This document shows, piece after piece, positions 5,321-13,891 of a stretch of 20,587 nucleotides of DNA. This DNA is from Synechococcus sp. (lineage in GTDB: Bacteria > Cyanobacteriota > Cyanobacteriia > Thermostichales > PCC-7336), in the NCBI GenBank assembly GCA_051439605.1, contig JBFRWN010000140.1:1-20587 (forward strand), in the 5' to 3' direction. The translations under genes were made by a program, and so were the position numbers. The notes under the pieces are model-generated. The model was not told the DNA's origin and ran no database searches. It saw only the letters and a list, made by a program, of their open reading frames with translations. Within the stretch, counting starts at the first letter, position 1. Each line of letters starts with the position of its first letter.

Positions 5321-7396
5321 TCAAATGCGGCATTGGCTGATGTGCAGCTGATCGAGTAGGCCCTCAAATGTAGCTGCAGGCTTGAGACATTTTGTTTCTA
5401 AGCAAATCAGGCCAGCGTCAGGGGCATCGCCATCCACGACCACAGAGGTAGTGGGGAGATATTCAGCCAATAAGCGTTCTACGCTGTCCGCCTGGATGGC
5501 GACCTGCGCCTGATTGTAGTAACTATCCAGGGCAGAAAATAGAACGGGACAGGCGCGGGGCATGCGCTCCATGGTGCCACTCCAACCGTCCAATGCCACC
5601 TTGGCTCGCTCCAGCCAATTTAGTTCCGCTGTTACCCCAAACAGCCGGATGAGGTTTTGCACCGCTACGCCGTTTCCTGCTGGAGTAGCGTTATCGTGAT
5701 AGTCCTTTTCACGAACGATGAGTTCTGCCGCGCGATCGCTCCCGGCCACGAAATACCCCCCTGTCTCTTCATCCAGAAGGCGTTCATCCATTTCCCCTTG
5801 CAGCTCGATCGCACGATCGATCCAGGGCTGTGACTCTAAATCGGCATAAGCCAATGTAGCCTGCTGCACGTCCAACATCGCCTTGATAAACAACGCATAA
5901 TCCTCGGACTTCGCGGGTTCCGCCTTCACTCCCTCGTAGTTTAGACGGGCAAACGTACCATCCGACAACCGTTGAGATTGCCAGATATACTCGGTGGCGC
6001 CGATCGCCAGATCGAGTGCGTGGCGATCGGCAAACACCTGTGCTACTCTGGCGAGTCCGGAAATCGTCAAGCTATTCCAGGCCACAATCATCTTGGTGTC
6101 GGTGACGGCAGGAATGCGACCGGGCCACGACCGCCCCTTAGCTGCTTTGTTGTCGTGAGCGGGGGAAAACTGCTTTACCTGTGCCGCGCCATAGCGAATG
6201 GCAAACAGCTTGGTCGTCAATGCACGCTCGACTTCCTCCGCTAACTCCCCTGCCGCGCGACGCTGTAAAACGATATAGCCTGGGCGATCGGAAAAATTCC
6301 CTGCTTCTGAGAGGTCAAAGGCCCGTTCTAATGCTGCAAACTCCTCATCCGCTAAGGCCGCTTTGAGTTCCGCGAGTCGCCACACATAAAACTCTCCTTC
6401 CTCCGGCTCCAGATCGGCCGGATTGGCAAAGCTATCTGCATCCTGGGCCGCATAAAAATATCCTTCTGGAGCCCTCATCTCCCGCTCAAGCCAGGCGATG
6501 GTTAATCGAATGGCCCTTATCATTGCTTCGTCCTGCACGCCACTGGCCCACAAATCTGCCAAAAACTCTAGAATCTGGCCGTTGTCGTATAGCATCTTTT
6601 CGAAATGGGGCACCGTCCAAGTGGGGTCCACCGTATAGCGGTGAAACCCTCCCCCCACGTGGTCAAAAATCCCTCCCAATACTAAGTCGAGCCCTCGTTC
6701 AGTCGCTCGCTTGAGGGCATCGGCGCGATCGCTTGCTGGCAAATCCCCCATTCGCGCTGCCCGTAACACCAACTGGGCATAGGGCATCATTGGAAACTGC
6801 TGCCCCATCGAATTGCGCGAAACAATTGGCACCAAATCCGTCCAGCCTTTGTGCAGCAGCTCCGGAGTAATCCCCGTGCCGGGTTCGACCCCCACTGCCA
6901 CCTGCAGCACCTCCATCAACTTATCCTGTTGCTGAGCCAGCTCATCTTTTTGGTTGGCATAAAAGTTCTGGAGGGCTTTAAGCAAATCGAGAAACGCTGG
7001 TCGACCGTACCGGGGTTGTACGGGAAAGTAGGTGCCCCCGTAGAAGGGCACTAGAGTATGGGGGTCTAGAAAGACATTCAAGGGCCACCCCCCTTGATTG
7101 GTCATCACTTGCAGGCTCTGCATGTAGATGTTGTCGATATCGGGTCGCTCTTCGCGATCGACCTTAATGGGTAAGAAATTTGCATTCATGTAATCGGCAA
7201 TCGCCAAATCGGAGAAGGCTTCCCCCTCCATTACGGTGCACCAGTGGCAACTGGAATAGCCAATGGACAGAAAAATGGGGCGATCGCTGACTTTAGCCTC
7301 GGCTAGTGCCTCTGGCCCCCAGGGCCACCAATCTATTGGATTTTCGGCATGCTTGCGCAGGTACAGGCTGGGGCTAGTGGCGAGGCGATTGGTCAT
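5321..7396 (-). CDS. Thioredoxin-domain protein of the YyaL/SSP411 (DUF255) family
   Basis: NRLA..SLYLRKHAENPIDWWPW, SIGYSSCHWCTVME, KVDREERPDID, GGWPLN, GGGFHRYTVD..W.VPHFEKMLYDNGQ, D.KMIVAWN. Confidence 0.93.
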   Translation of the reverse strand: MTNRLATSPSLYLRKHAENPIDWWPWGPEALAEAKVSDRPIFLSIGYSSCHWCTVMEGEAFSDLAIADYMNANFLPIKVDREERPDIDNIYMQSLQVMTNQGGWPLNVFLDPHTLVPFYGGTYFPVQPRYGRPAFLDLLKALQNFYANQKDELAQQQDKLMEVLQVAVGVEPGTGITPELLHKGWTDLVPIVSRNSMGQQFPMMPYAQLVLRAARMGDLPASDRADALKRATERGLDLVLGGIFDHVGGGFHRYTVDPTWTVPHFEKMLYDNGQILEFLADLWASGVQDEAMIRAIRLTIAWLEREMRAPEGYFYAAQDADSFANPADLEPEEGEFYVWRLAELKAALADEEFAALERAFDLSEAGNFSDRPGYIVLQRRAAGELAEEVERALTTKLFAIRYGAAQVKQFSPAHDNKAAKGRSWPGRIPAVTDTKMIVAWNSLTISGLARVAQVFADRHALDLAIGATEYIWQSQRLSDGTFARLNYEGVKAEPAKSEDYALFIKAMLDVQQATLAYADLESQPWIDRAIELQGEMDERLLDEETGGYFVAGSDRAAELIVREKDYHDNATPAGNGVAVQNLIRLFGVTAELNWLERAKVALDGWSGTMERMPRACPVLFSALDSYYNQAQVAIQADSVERLLAEYLPTTSVVVDGDAPDAGLICLETKCLKPAATFEGLLDQLHISQCRI

Positions 7397-7776
7397 GGGA
7401 GAAGCCCTGTGCTACGCCTGTCATTATCGATGAGTTATCTCCACTGTGGGAAGCAGACAGAGGCTCGGGCAGGGGCAGGTTGGTGGCATGCGAGCCCCCT
7501 CCCTATTGGCTACTCCCCAGTGGCGTGCAGTAGTCCTCAGTCTCGTAATCCTCGCACCACTATTGTCATGACCACCATCGTCAAATGCCTTGAGGGTATC
7601 TCCGTTACGTTCGATTTCTTACAGCTATTACCTTTGTGGAATCTGTGTATTGTGCAGGGAACTGCCCTCGTACAAGCTTGTATTCGAACTGTTCGCTGAA
7701 TTCTACCTGGCGGGTTACTCGCCTTTACAGGCAAACTAAAATTACACATCAACCCAAATAGCATCAATCCCCTAAC

Positions 7777-8709
7777 ATGAGCGATCGCCACGCCGGAAAT
7801 CTGCTGATTGTTGACGATAATTCTGCCAATCTCAGACTGCTGGGGACGTTGCTCGATCGCGAGGGTTACAGCGTTCGTCCCGTCGCAACTGCAACGCAGG
7901 CACTGCAGCTCCTGGAAACCGTGCATCCTGATTTGGTGTTACTAGATATTCACATGCCAGAATTGGATGGCTACGAAGTCTGTAAACGAATCAAGCAAAC
8001 TCCAGCAACTGCCAACATTCCCGTCATCTTTATCAGTTCAGCAGATGCCATTGAAGACAAAATCAAAGGCTTCGAAGCAGGGGGAATTGACTATATCACT
8101 AAACCCTTTGAGGAACGGGAAGTGCTGATGCGCGTCCGTAACCACCTACAGCTCCACTTCCTCCAACAGGAACTGCAGGCCAAAATCACCGATCTCGAAC
8201 GGGCCTACGCAACCATCCACGAGCTCAGCATTCGGGATGACTTAACGAAGTTGTACAATCGCCGCCACTTTAACGAACAGGCACAGCAATTGTTGTCCAT
8301 TTCTCAACGCTACGGTCAATCCATCAGCTTTGCCATTTGCGATGTCGATCGTTTTAAGCAGGTTAACGATACCTTCTCCCACGCAATTGGTGACAAGGTT
8401 CTCCAGAAAATCGCACAGCTCATTCAAAAGAACTTACGGTCCGCAGATTTGTTGGCCCGCTATGGGGGAGAAGAGTTTGTGATCGCTTTTCCACAAACCG
8501 AGCTTTCCGCAGCGTCAGAGGCTTGCAATAAAATTCGCCTTGCCATAGAAGAACATGACTGGCAGGAGATCGCTCCTCAACTAGCTATTACCATCAGCTG
8601 TGGGGTCGCCCATCTGCCCAACCAGACTAACCAGGAGCCAATCCTTGCCTGTGCCGACCGCAAACTCTACCAAGCCAAGCAGAACGGTCGCAACCGCATC
8701 TGTAGCTAA
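7777..8709 (+). CDS. Response-regulator diguanylate cyclase (REC + coiled coil + GGDEF; WspR/PleD-like)
   Basis: IVDDN...LLDIHMPELDG...KPF receiver domain; DDLTKLYNRR; DVDRFKQVNDTFSHAIGD; RSAD I-site five residues before an intact GGEEF. Confidence 0.93.
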   Translation: MSDRHAGNLLIVDDNSANLRLLGTLLDREGYSVRPVATATQALQLLETVHPDLVLLDIHMPELDGYEVCKRIKQTPATANIPVIFISSADAIEDKIKGFEAGGIDYITKPFEEREVLMRVRNHLQLHFLQQELQAKITDLERAYATIHELSIRDDLTKLYNRRHFNEQAQQLLSISQRYGQSISFAICDVDRFKQVNDTFSHAIGDKVLQKIAQLIQKNLRSADLLARYGGEEFVIAFPQTELSAASEACNKIRLAIEEHDWQEIAPQLAITISCGVAHLPNQTNQEPILACADRKLYQAKQNGRNRICS

Positions 8710-8744
8710 GGGCTCACATGTTCTCAGAATTTCGATTAAAGAAA

Positions 8745-8777
8745 TCGACCCGGGCTAAGTGCCCGGGTCGACGTTTT
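8745..8777. terminator. Bidirectional terminator between the convergent DGC gene and petA
   Basis: Perfect 11-bp stem TCGACCCGGGC / GCCCGGGTCGA with loop TAAGT, flanked by A-rich (left) and T-rich (right) sequence. Confidence 0.8.
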
Positions 8778-8837
8778 AGTTATTCAAAATAATGATGTCG
8801 GAAATCGTGACTCTATTACAGCCAGCACAGCTGGAGT

Positions 8838-9821
8838 TTAGACGAAACCTTCAGCCATCTGAATCTTCTCAATCTGCTTCTTCTTCAACACAAGCATAAT
8901 CTGGGCTAAAGCAACAGCAGCCAAAAAGGCAATCAACCACTTGACACGAGTGGGGTTCTGAAGCACTATCTCGCGCTCCGCTTGACCAAAGCCACCGACG
9001 TTAGGGTTATTGGTAATCGCAGTTCCTTCCTCAACAGAATCGCCGACGCTGACTAGCAATTGAGGACCTGCAGGAATGACTTCGTCTACCAAGCCAGCGG
9101 GAGTTTTAATGGTCACGATACTGAGTGGCGTATAGTACTCGCCGAGGTCAACGCGATCGACAGCCTCTGCTGTAGGGGGAGAGAAGGGATCGGGAACCTC
9201 AGTAATCGCCGCAATAGTACCGGTTGCATCCGCTTTAAAAACATTGTTATTGGTCATACTGCCGTCAGGATTAACCTGACCGCGACCGCGGTTGCCGCCA
9301 GCAGATACCAAATACTTCATGAAGGTAACGGAGCTATCTTCAGCGGGGTCGGGAGCCATGACGGGAAAAACAATCTCTTGTTCTTCTGGGGAAGCAATCG
9401 GGCCGACCACCAAAATATTGGGGTGGTCGTCGTTGTACTGCTGGATATAAAAGTTCTCAGTTTCCTCGAATAGTTCTTCGCCCATCTCTTCAGGGGTAGC
9501 CATCCGGAAACCTTCGGGCAGCACAATCGCGGCACCAACATTCAACGCACCGTAAGACCCATCGCCAGTAGGTTGCTGGACAGACGGATCGACGGGGATT
9601 TTCACAGTAGCCTTGAATACCTGGCCGGGGGTCACCGCCTGAGGCAGCTCCAGCCGGGTGGTCTTTTGAGCTAAATGGCAGTTGGCACAGACAATTTTGC
9701 CTGTCGCTTCGCGAGGATTGTCGTAAGCAGCTTGAGCGTAAGCAGGGTAAGCAGATGCCTGGTTAGCAGAGGTGAAGAGCAGGGCAACGCAGGCGATCGC
9801 CGTAAGCAGGATTCTAATCAT
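8838..9821 (-). CDS. petA: Apocytochrome f
   Basis: Signal peptide ending ASA, mature YPAYAQ...PREATGKIVCANCH (heme c), GGNRGRGQ, NPNVGGFGQ, C-terminal TM helix followed by LKKKQ. Confidence 0.97.
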   Translation of the reverse strand: MIRILLTAIACVALLFTSANQASAYPAYAQAAYDNPREATGKIVCANCHLAQKTTRLELPQAVTPGQVFKATVKIPVDPSVQQPTGDGSYGALNVGAAIVLPEGFRMATPEEMGEELFEETENFYIQQYNDDHPNILVVGPIASPEEQEIVFPVMAPDPAEDSSVTFMKYLVSAGGNRGRGQVNPDGSMTNNNVFKADATGTIAAITEVPDPFSPPTAEAVDRVDLGEYYTPLSIVTIKTPAGLVDEVIPAGPQLLVSVGDSVEEGTAITNNPNVGGFGQAEREIVLQNPTRVKWLIAFLAAVALAQIMLVLKKKQIEKIQMAEGFV

Positions 9822-9860
9822 GGGAGCAAATTAAAAAACCGAAAGTATCGTCAACAGAAC

Positions 9861-9900
9861 GGCGATGCAGCCAGCCCCAGAGAGGGGAGACTGAATCGCC
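9861..9900. other. Stem-loop in the petC-petA intergenic region
   Basis: Nested pairings GGCGAT/ATCGCC, CAG/CTG and CCCC/GGGG. Possible mRNA stability or processing element. Confidence 0.45.
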
Positions 9901-9915
9901 CAAACAGATGTCGAA

Positions 9916-10434
9916 TTAGGCGTCACGGAAGTCTTCGCCTTCCCAAGTGGAGAAGCGAACATTGTCTCCTTCCACTGCAGCCGCAACCAATCCTAAAGAC
10001 TTAGGAGCTGGACCACGCACCACTTTGCCGTTGGGGGCGTACTGAGAGCCGTGGCAGGGGCACTTGAATAGGTCAAGGCCAGCATTGTAAGGCACAACAC
10101 ATCCCAAGTGGGTGCAAATGGCATTGATGCCGTAGTTTGCCACCTGTGCATCGTCGATCACAACGTAGGTGGGATCGCCCTTGGGGCCTTGGGTAAGGAC
10201 GCGGGCTTTGGCAGGATTGGTCGCTATTGTTGCCGAAATGCTGATGGGGTTGCCTAGCTTATCCGAAGCCAGCACACCACCAGCACCAGAACCGGAGGAT
10301 GGGGGGATGAAATATTTCACAAAGGGGTAAAGAGCCCCCAAGGCGACTACTCCAACAGAACCACCCAACATTGCGGTCAAAAGGGTCCGGCGTCCCATGC
10401 TGGGAGCTTCAACTGTGCTCGTTGCTTCGGTCAT
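9916..10434 (-). CDS. petC: Cytochrome b6f Rieske iron-sulfur subunit
   Basis: Twin-Arg anchor (GRRT), YFIPPS-Gly hinge, [15 protein letters not shown] and CPCHGSQY boxes, VVRGPAP. Lies directly upstream of petA. Confidence 0.96.
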   Translation of the reverse strand: MTEATSTVEAPSMGRRTLLTAMLGGSVGVVALGALYPFVKYFIPPSSGSGAGGVLASDKLGNPISISATIATNPAKARVLTQGPKGDPTYVVIDDAQVANYGINAICTHLGCVVPYNAGLDLFKCPCHGSQYAPNGKVVRGPAPKSLGLVAAAVEGDNVRFSTWEGEDFRDA

Positions 10435-10664
10435 GGCTTACTCAAAATGGATTGCAAAAAGAGGTTTGCAGTGAATATAAATACGGGGGTCACCTGAGCT
10501 GGCTGCGCGGCTCTAAACTGAGCACCCGTAGACTTCAGTGTAAAGGACGAGATGTTAAGTTTAGAAACTTAAATCGCAAATCGGCAAAGCTTACAAAACT
10601 TGACATTTACAGTCTAGGGTTTACTGACAGTGGCGGCGCTGACAAAGCAACAAATTGTAAGGCC

Positions 10665-10973
10665 ATGATGGGTGAAGAGTTTCGCCGATTGATTGTCGGC
10701 AAGTGGGGCAAAGCCTACGACGTGCAACTGCAGCGGCGGGGAAATCGCGTTTTCCTCCTAGTGATGTGGAAGTATTTAGGCCAAAAGTCATACGGCCTCA
10801 CCCAAGAGGAGTACCTTGCCCACCTGGAATCGATCGTGGAGCGGTTGGCTGATTGGGGGATGTTGGAGTTTGCGATCCAAGAGTTGCAAGTTACCCGTCA
10901 GCGTCCCCGGCTGGGGAAAGCCGTCGCTATCCCACTGGACTTGGGGGAACGGGCCTCTGAATGGCTCATTTAG
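10665..10973 (+). CDS. DUF3067-family protein
   Basis: MMGEEFRRLIVGKWGKAYDVQL...VMWKYL...RPRLGKAVAIPLDLGERASEW. Divergent from petC, the usual cyanobacterial context. Start moved to ATG 10665. Confidence 0.88.
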   Translation: MMGEEFRRLIVGKWGKAYDVQLQRRGNRVFLLVMWKYLGQKSYGLTQEEYLAHLESIVERLADWGMLEFAIQELQVTRQRPRLGKAVAIPLDLGERASEWLI

Positions 10974-11170
10974 TCGTCATAGCTTTCTGTAGTCGCTGAA
11001 CCACGGACTTTTCGATCTGAGAGTCCGTCAATCTTTAAGGTGGCCTTTAGAAACTGACGATTGTGTCTAAATCCCTTGTCTGAAAGTGCGATCGCTCGTT
11101 AGGACGATAGGGACACCATCATTCGCAGGCAATCTTGCTACCTGCACTGCCGGAGCATCGCTCAATCGCT

Positions 11171-12595
11171 ATGGACTTATTTGCAAACACCCTCGCACTC
11201 TCGCGCATTCAATTTGCCCTCACTGCTATCTTTCACATGCTCTGGCCCGTCCTAACGACGGGTATGGGGATTTATCTCGTCATCCTTGAAGGGCTGTGGC
11301 TGAAAACCCGCAATCCTGACTATTACCGTCATGTTCGCTTCTGGGCCAAACTTTACGTCCTTAATTTCGGAATTGGGGTCGCCTCTGGTCTCCCCATGGC
11401 ATTCCAGTTTGGGATGAACTGGGCTCCATTTTCTGAGGCTGTGGGAGACTTCTTTGGCACCATCTTAGGCTTTGAAGGCACGATGGCATTCATGTTGGAG
11501 GCCAGCTTTCTCGGCATCATGCTGTTTGGTTGGAATCGCGTTCCACCCGTTATTCATTACGTGTCGACCATCCTTGTTGCTTTTGGAGCAAATCTGTCTA
11601 CGTTTTGGATTTTGACGGCCAATTCTTGGCTGCAAACTCCGGCGGGGGGAGTATTTGTGGATGGAAAGTTTGTGGTCAAAGACTTTTTTCAGGCCATCCT
11701 CAATCCATTTATGGTTAACAGTGTGCTGCACATGTTCTTTGCCACGCTAGAAACTTCTCTATTTGTAATCGGTGGTATCAGCGCCTGGTACCTGTTACGT
11801 CAACGACATAAAGCTTTCTTTGCTCGATCGTTCAAAATTGCCCTGGCAGTGGCGATCACAGTTGCCCCTCTCCAAATTTTCATCGGCCATCTCAGTGCCG
11901 AGCAGGTGTACCACTATCAGCCCACAAAGCTAGCTGCGATGGAAGCGCAGTGGGAAACTGTTCCCGCCGGACAAACCGCTGACTGGAGTTTGGTTGCTCT
12001 GCCCAACGACAAAGCCGAGCGCAACGACTGGGAAATTAAAATTCCCAATGCCTTGGGCTACCTGCTGGAACTAAAGCCTAAGCTGTCGGAGTCAGTGCAG
12101 GGACTGAAGTCTTACGCGCCGGAGGATCGCCCCCATATGGTTGGGCTGGTGTATTACTCCTTCCGAACGATGGTGGGCATCGGTTTATTTTTCGCTGGGC
12201 TGATGGCAGGAACGGTGCTGCAATGGCTGCGCGGCAAGCTGGAGGACGGTGCGATCGCCCAGCAAGTTTGGCTCCTCAGAGCTTGGGTGATGGCTGCACC
12301 GTTAGGGTATATCGCCGTTGAAACCGGATGGATTGTCCGCTGTGTGGGCCGACAACCTTGGACGGTGTACGGAGAGATTCGCACTGCAGATGCGGCATCG
12401 AACTTGCCAGCCGGGGAAGTTCTGACCTCTTTGCTGGGCATTACAGCCATCTACATTGTCTTCATCGCGGCAGCTTTGTATTTTGGCCGCAAGATTTTGC
12501 TGGCTGGCCCGGATTTAGAAGTGGCTCTGCCCAATTACGCCACAGAGTCGGACACATCCCACACCCCCGATCGGCGTCCGGTTAAGGTTCAGTAA
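11171..12595 (+). CDS. cydA: Cytochrome bd ubiquinol oxidase subunit I (short Q-loop type)
   Basis: LSRIQFALTAIFH, FQFGMNW, AFMLEASFLG, ILTANSWLQTPAG, QPTKLAAME, FRTMVG, GRQPW. Start at ATG 11171. Confidence 0.96.
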   Translation: MDLFANTLALSRIQFALTAIFHMLWPVLTTGMGIYLVILEGLWLKTRNPDYYRHVRFWAKLYVLNFGIGVASGLPMAFQFGMNWAPFSEAVGDFFGTILGFEGTMAFMLEASFLGIMLFGWNRVPPVIHYVSTILVAFGANLSTFWILTANSWLQTPAGGVFVDGKFVVKDFFQAILNPFMVNSVLHMFFATLETSLFVIGGISAWYLLRQRHKAFFARSFKIALAVAITVAPLQIFIGHLSAEQVYHYQPTKLAAMEAQWETVPAGQTADWSLVALPNDKAERNDWEIKIPNALGYLLELKPKLSESVQGLKSYAPEDRPHMVGLVYYSFRTMVGIGLFFAGLMAGTVLQWLRGKLEDGAIAQQVWLLRAWVMAAPLGYIAVETGWIVRCVGRQPWTVYGEIRTADAASNLPAGEVLTSLLGITAIYIVFIAAALYFGRKILLAGPDLEVALPNYATESDTSHTPDRRPVKVQ

Positions 12596-12705
12596 TGATT
12601 CCCGAATATTTCTCTCCTGGCGAGCCTCACAGAGGTCAATGCCGGACCTGTAGCTGTTGCCATCTCAACTATGACAGCAAGCTCGTTGCTCAGGCACAGT
12701 TCTAG
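12595..12705 (+). CDS. Possible 36-aa Cys-rich small ORF coupled to cydA
   Basis: ATG overlaps the cydA stop (TAATG). Translation MIPEYFSPGEPHRGQCRTCSCCHLNYDSKLVAQAQF*. No recognised family. Confidence 0.25.
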   Translation: MIPEYFSPGEPHRGQCRTCSCCHLNYDSKLVAQAQF

Positions 12706-12714
12706 ATAGCTGTG

Positions 12715-12743
12715 ATGTCCGAAGCGACATAACGGTCGCTATA
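12715..12743. repeat. Dispersed 29-nt hairpin repeat, copy 1
   Basis: ATGTCCGAAGCGACATAACGGTCGCTATA; 26/29 identical to 15318-15346; AGCGAC/GTCGCT stem. Confidence 0.7.
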
Positions 12744-12766
12744 ATTTGCACCCCGAAGAGATTCAC

Positions 12767-13786
12767 ATGGAAGCGTTAGAAAAGTTCCTGCCCCAGTTCT
12801 GGTTCTTTGTCCTCGGGCTGTTCCTGTTCCTGTACGTGCTGCTGGATGGGTTCGACCTAGGTGTCGGCATCCTCTCGCTGACGTCGTCAACAGAGGAGCG
12901 GCGTAGCATTCTGATGACGAGCCTGGGCAACGTCTGGGATGCCAACGAAACCTGGCTGGTGTTAGTGGGAGGATCGCTGTTTGGGGCCTTTCCCTTAGCC
13001 TACGGCACCATTTTGAATGCCCTTTACTTACCCGCTCTGATTATGGTGGTGGGGTTACTGTTTCGGGCAGTATCGTTCGAGTTTCGGGAAAACGCTGACA
13101 ACAAGGTTATTTGGAATGTGGCATTCGGGGTGGGCAGCTTTCTAGCTGCTTTGGGTCAAGGGTTTGCTCTCGGGACGGTGTTTGAAGGTATTGCAGTAGA
13201 TACTGTCGGTCATTTTGCCGGTGGACCGTTCGATTGGCTGACCTGGAGGACCGTCTTGGTGGCATTGACCTTGATTCAGGGGTACGTGCTGGTGGGATCC
13301 ACTTACTTGATTATGAAAACGTCAGGAGAACTGCAGAACACCCACTACAGAACGGCAAAGCTGGCCATAGTCACTACGTTTGTTGGGGCAGTCTTTATCA
13401 CCATCAGCACGCCACTGCTGTCCGAGCAGGTAAGATCTCGCTTGTTCGAGCCACCACTGGTCTACATCTTTGCCCTCATCCCCATCTTGGGGGTGGCGAT
13501 CGCTGGTTTACTATTTCGAAGCCTACAGAACAAAGAGGAAACAACGCCGTTCATTTGGACCGTTTCCCTGTTCTTCCTCTCCTTTGTGGGGCTAGGCTTC
13601 CTCATCTTCCCCAGTATCATCCCTCCCTCCGTCACCATCTACGAGGCTGCTGCATCCCCCAGTTCTCTAGTCTTTATGGCTATTTTCGTTGGTTTTTTGA
13701 TCCCCATGCTGCTGGCTTACACCCTCTACAACTACTTTGTGTTTAGGGGAAAAATCGAAACCGCTGAAGCCTACGGTCACGACTGA
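12767..13786 (+). CDS. cydB: Cytochrome bd ubiquinol oxidase subunit II
   Basis: YVLLDGFDLGVG, VWDANETWLVLVGG.LFGAFP.AY, FRAVSFEFR, TIYEAAA; multi-TM. Start at ATG 12767. Confidence 0.96.
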   Translation: MEALEKFLPQFWFFVLGLFLFLYVLLDGFDLGVGILSLTSSTEERRSILMTSLGNVWDANETWLVLVGGSLFGAFPLAYGTILNALYLPALIMVVGLLFRAVSFEFRENADNKVIWNVAFGVGSFLAALGQGFALGTVFEGIAVDTVGHFAGGPFDWLTWRTVLVALTLIQGYVLVGSTYLIMKTSGELQNTHYRTAKLAIVTTFVGAVFITISTPLLSEQVRSRLFEPPLVYIFALIPILGVAIAGLLFRSLQNKEETTPFIWTVSLFFLSFVGLGFLIFPSIIPPSVTIYEAAASPSSLVFMAIFVGFLIPMLLAYTLYNYFVFRGKIETAEAYGHD

Positions 13787-13891
13787 GGGCTGGTACTCTT
13801 CGAGAAATTCTGAGGTGGAACGGGTACCTGTCTTCCTCAGCCAAATTGTTATAGTTGGAAAACCAGCGAAATACAGCTCTAGCAAGGTTTT

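Noticed and set aside
7349..7926. ORFs 7349..7699 (+) and 7537..7926 (-), and palindrome TACAAGCTTGTA at 7671-7682
   Set aside because: The ORFs overlap real genes or the divergent promoter and have no motifs; a single 12-bp palindrome has no further support.
10371..10664. Long N-terminal extension of the DUF3067 ORF
   Set aside because: It overlaps the petC start and promoter; family similarity starts at ATG 10665.
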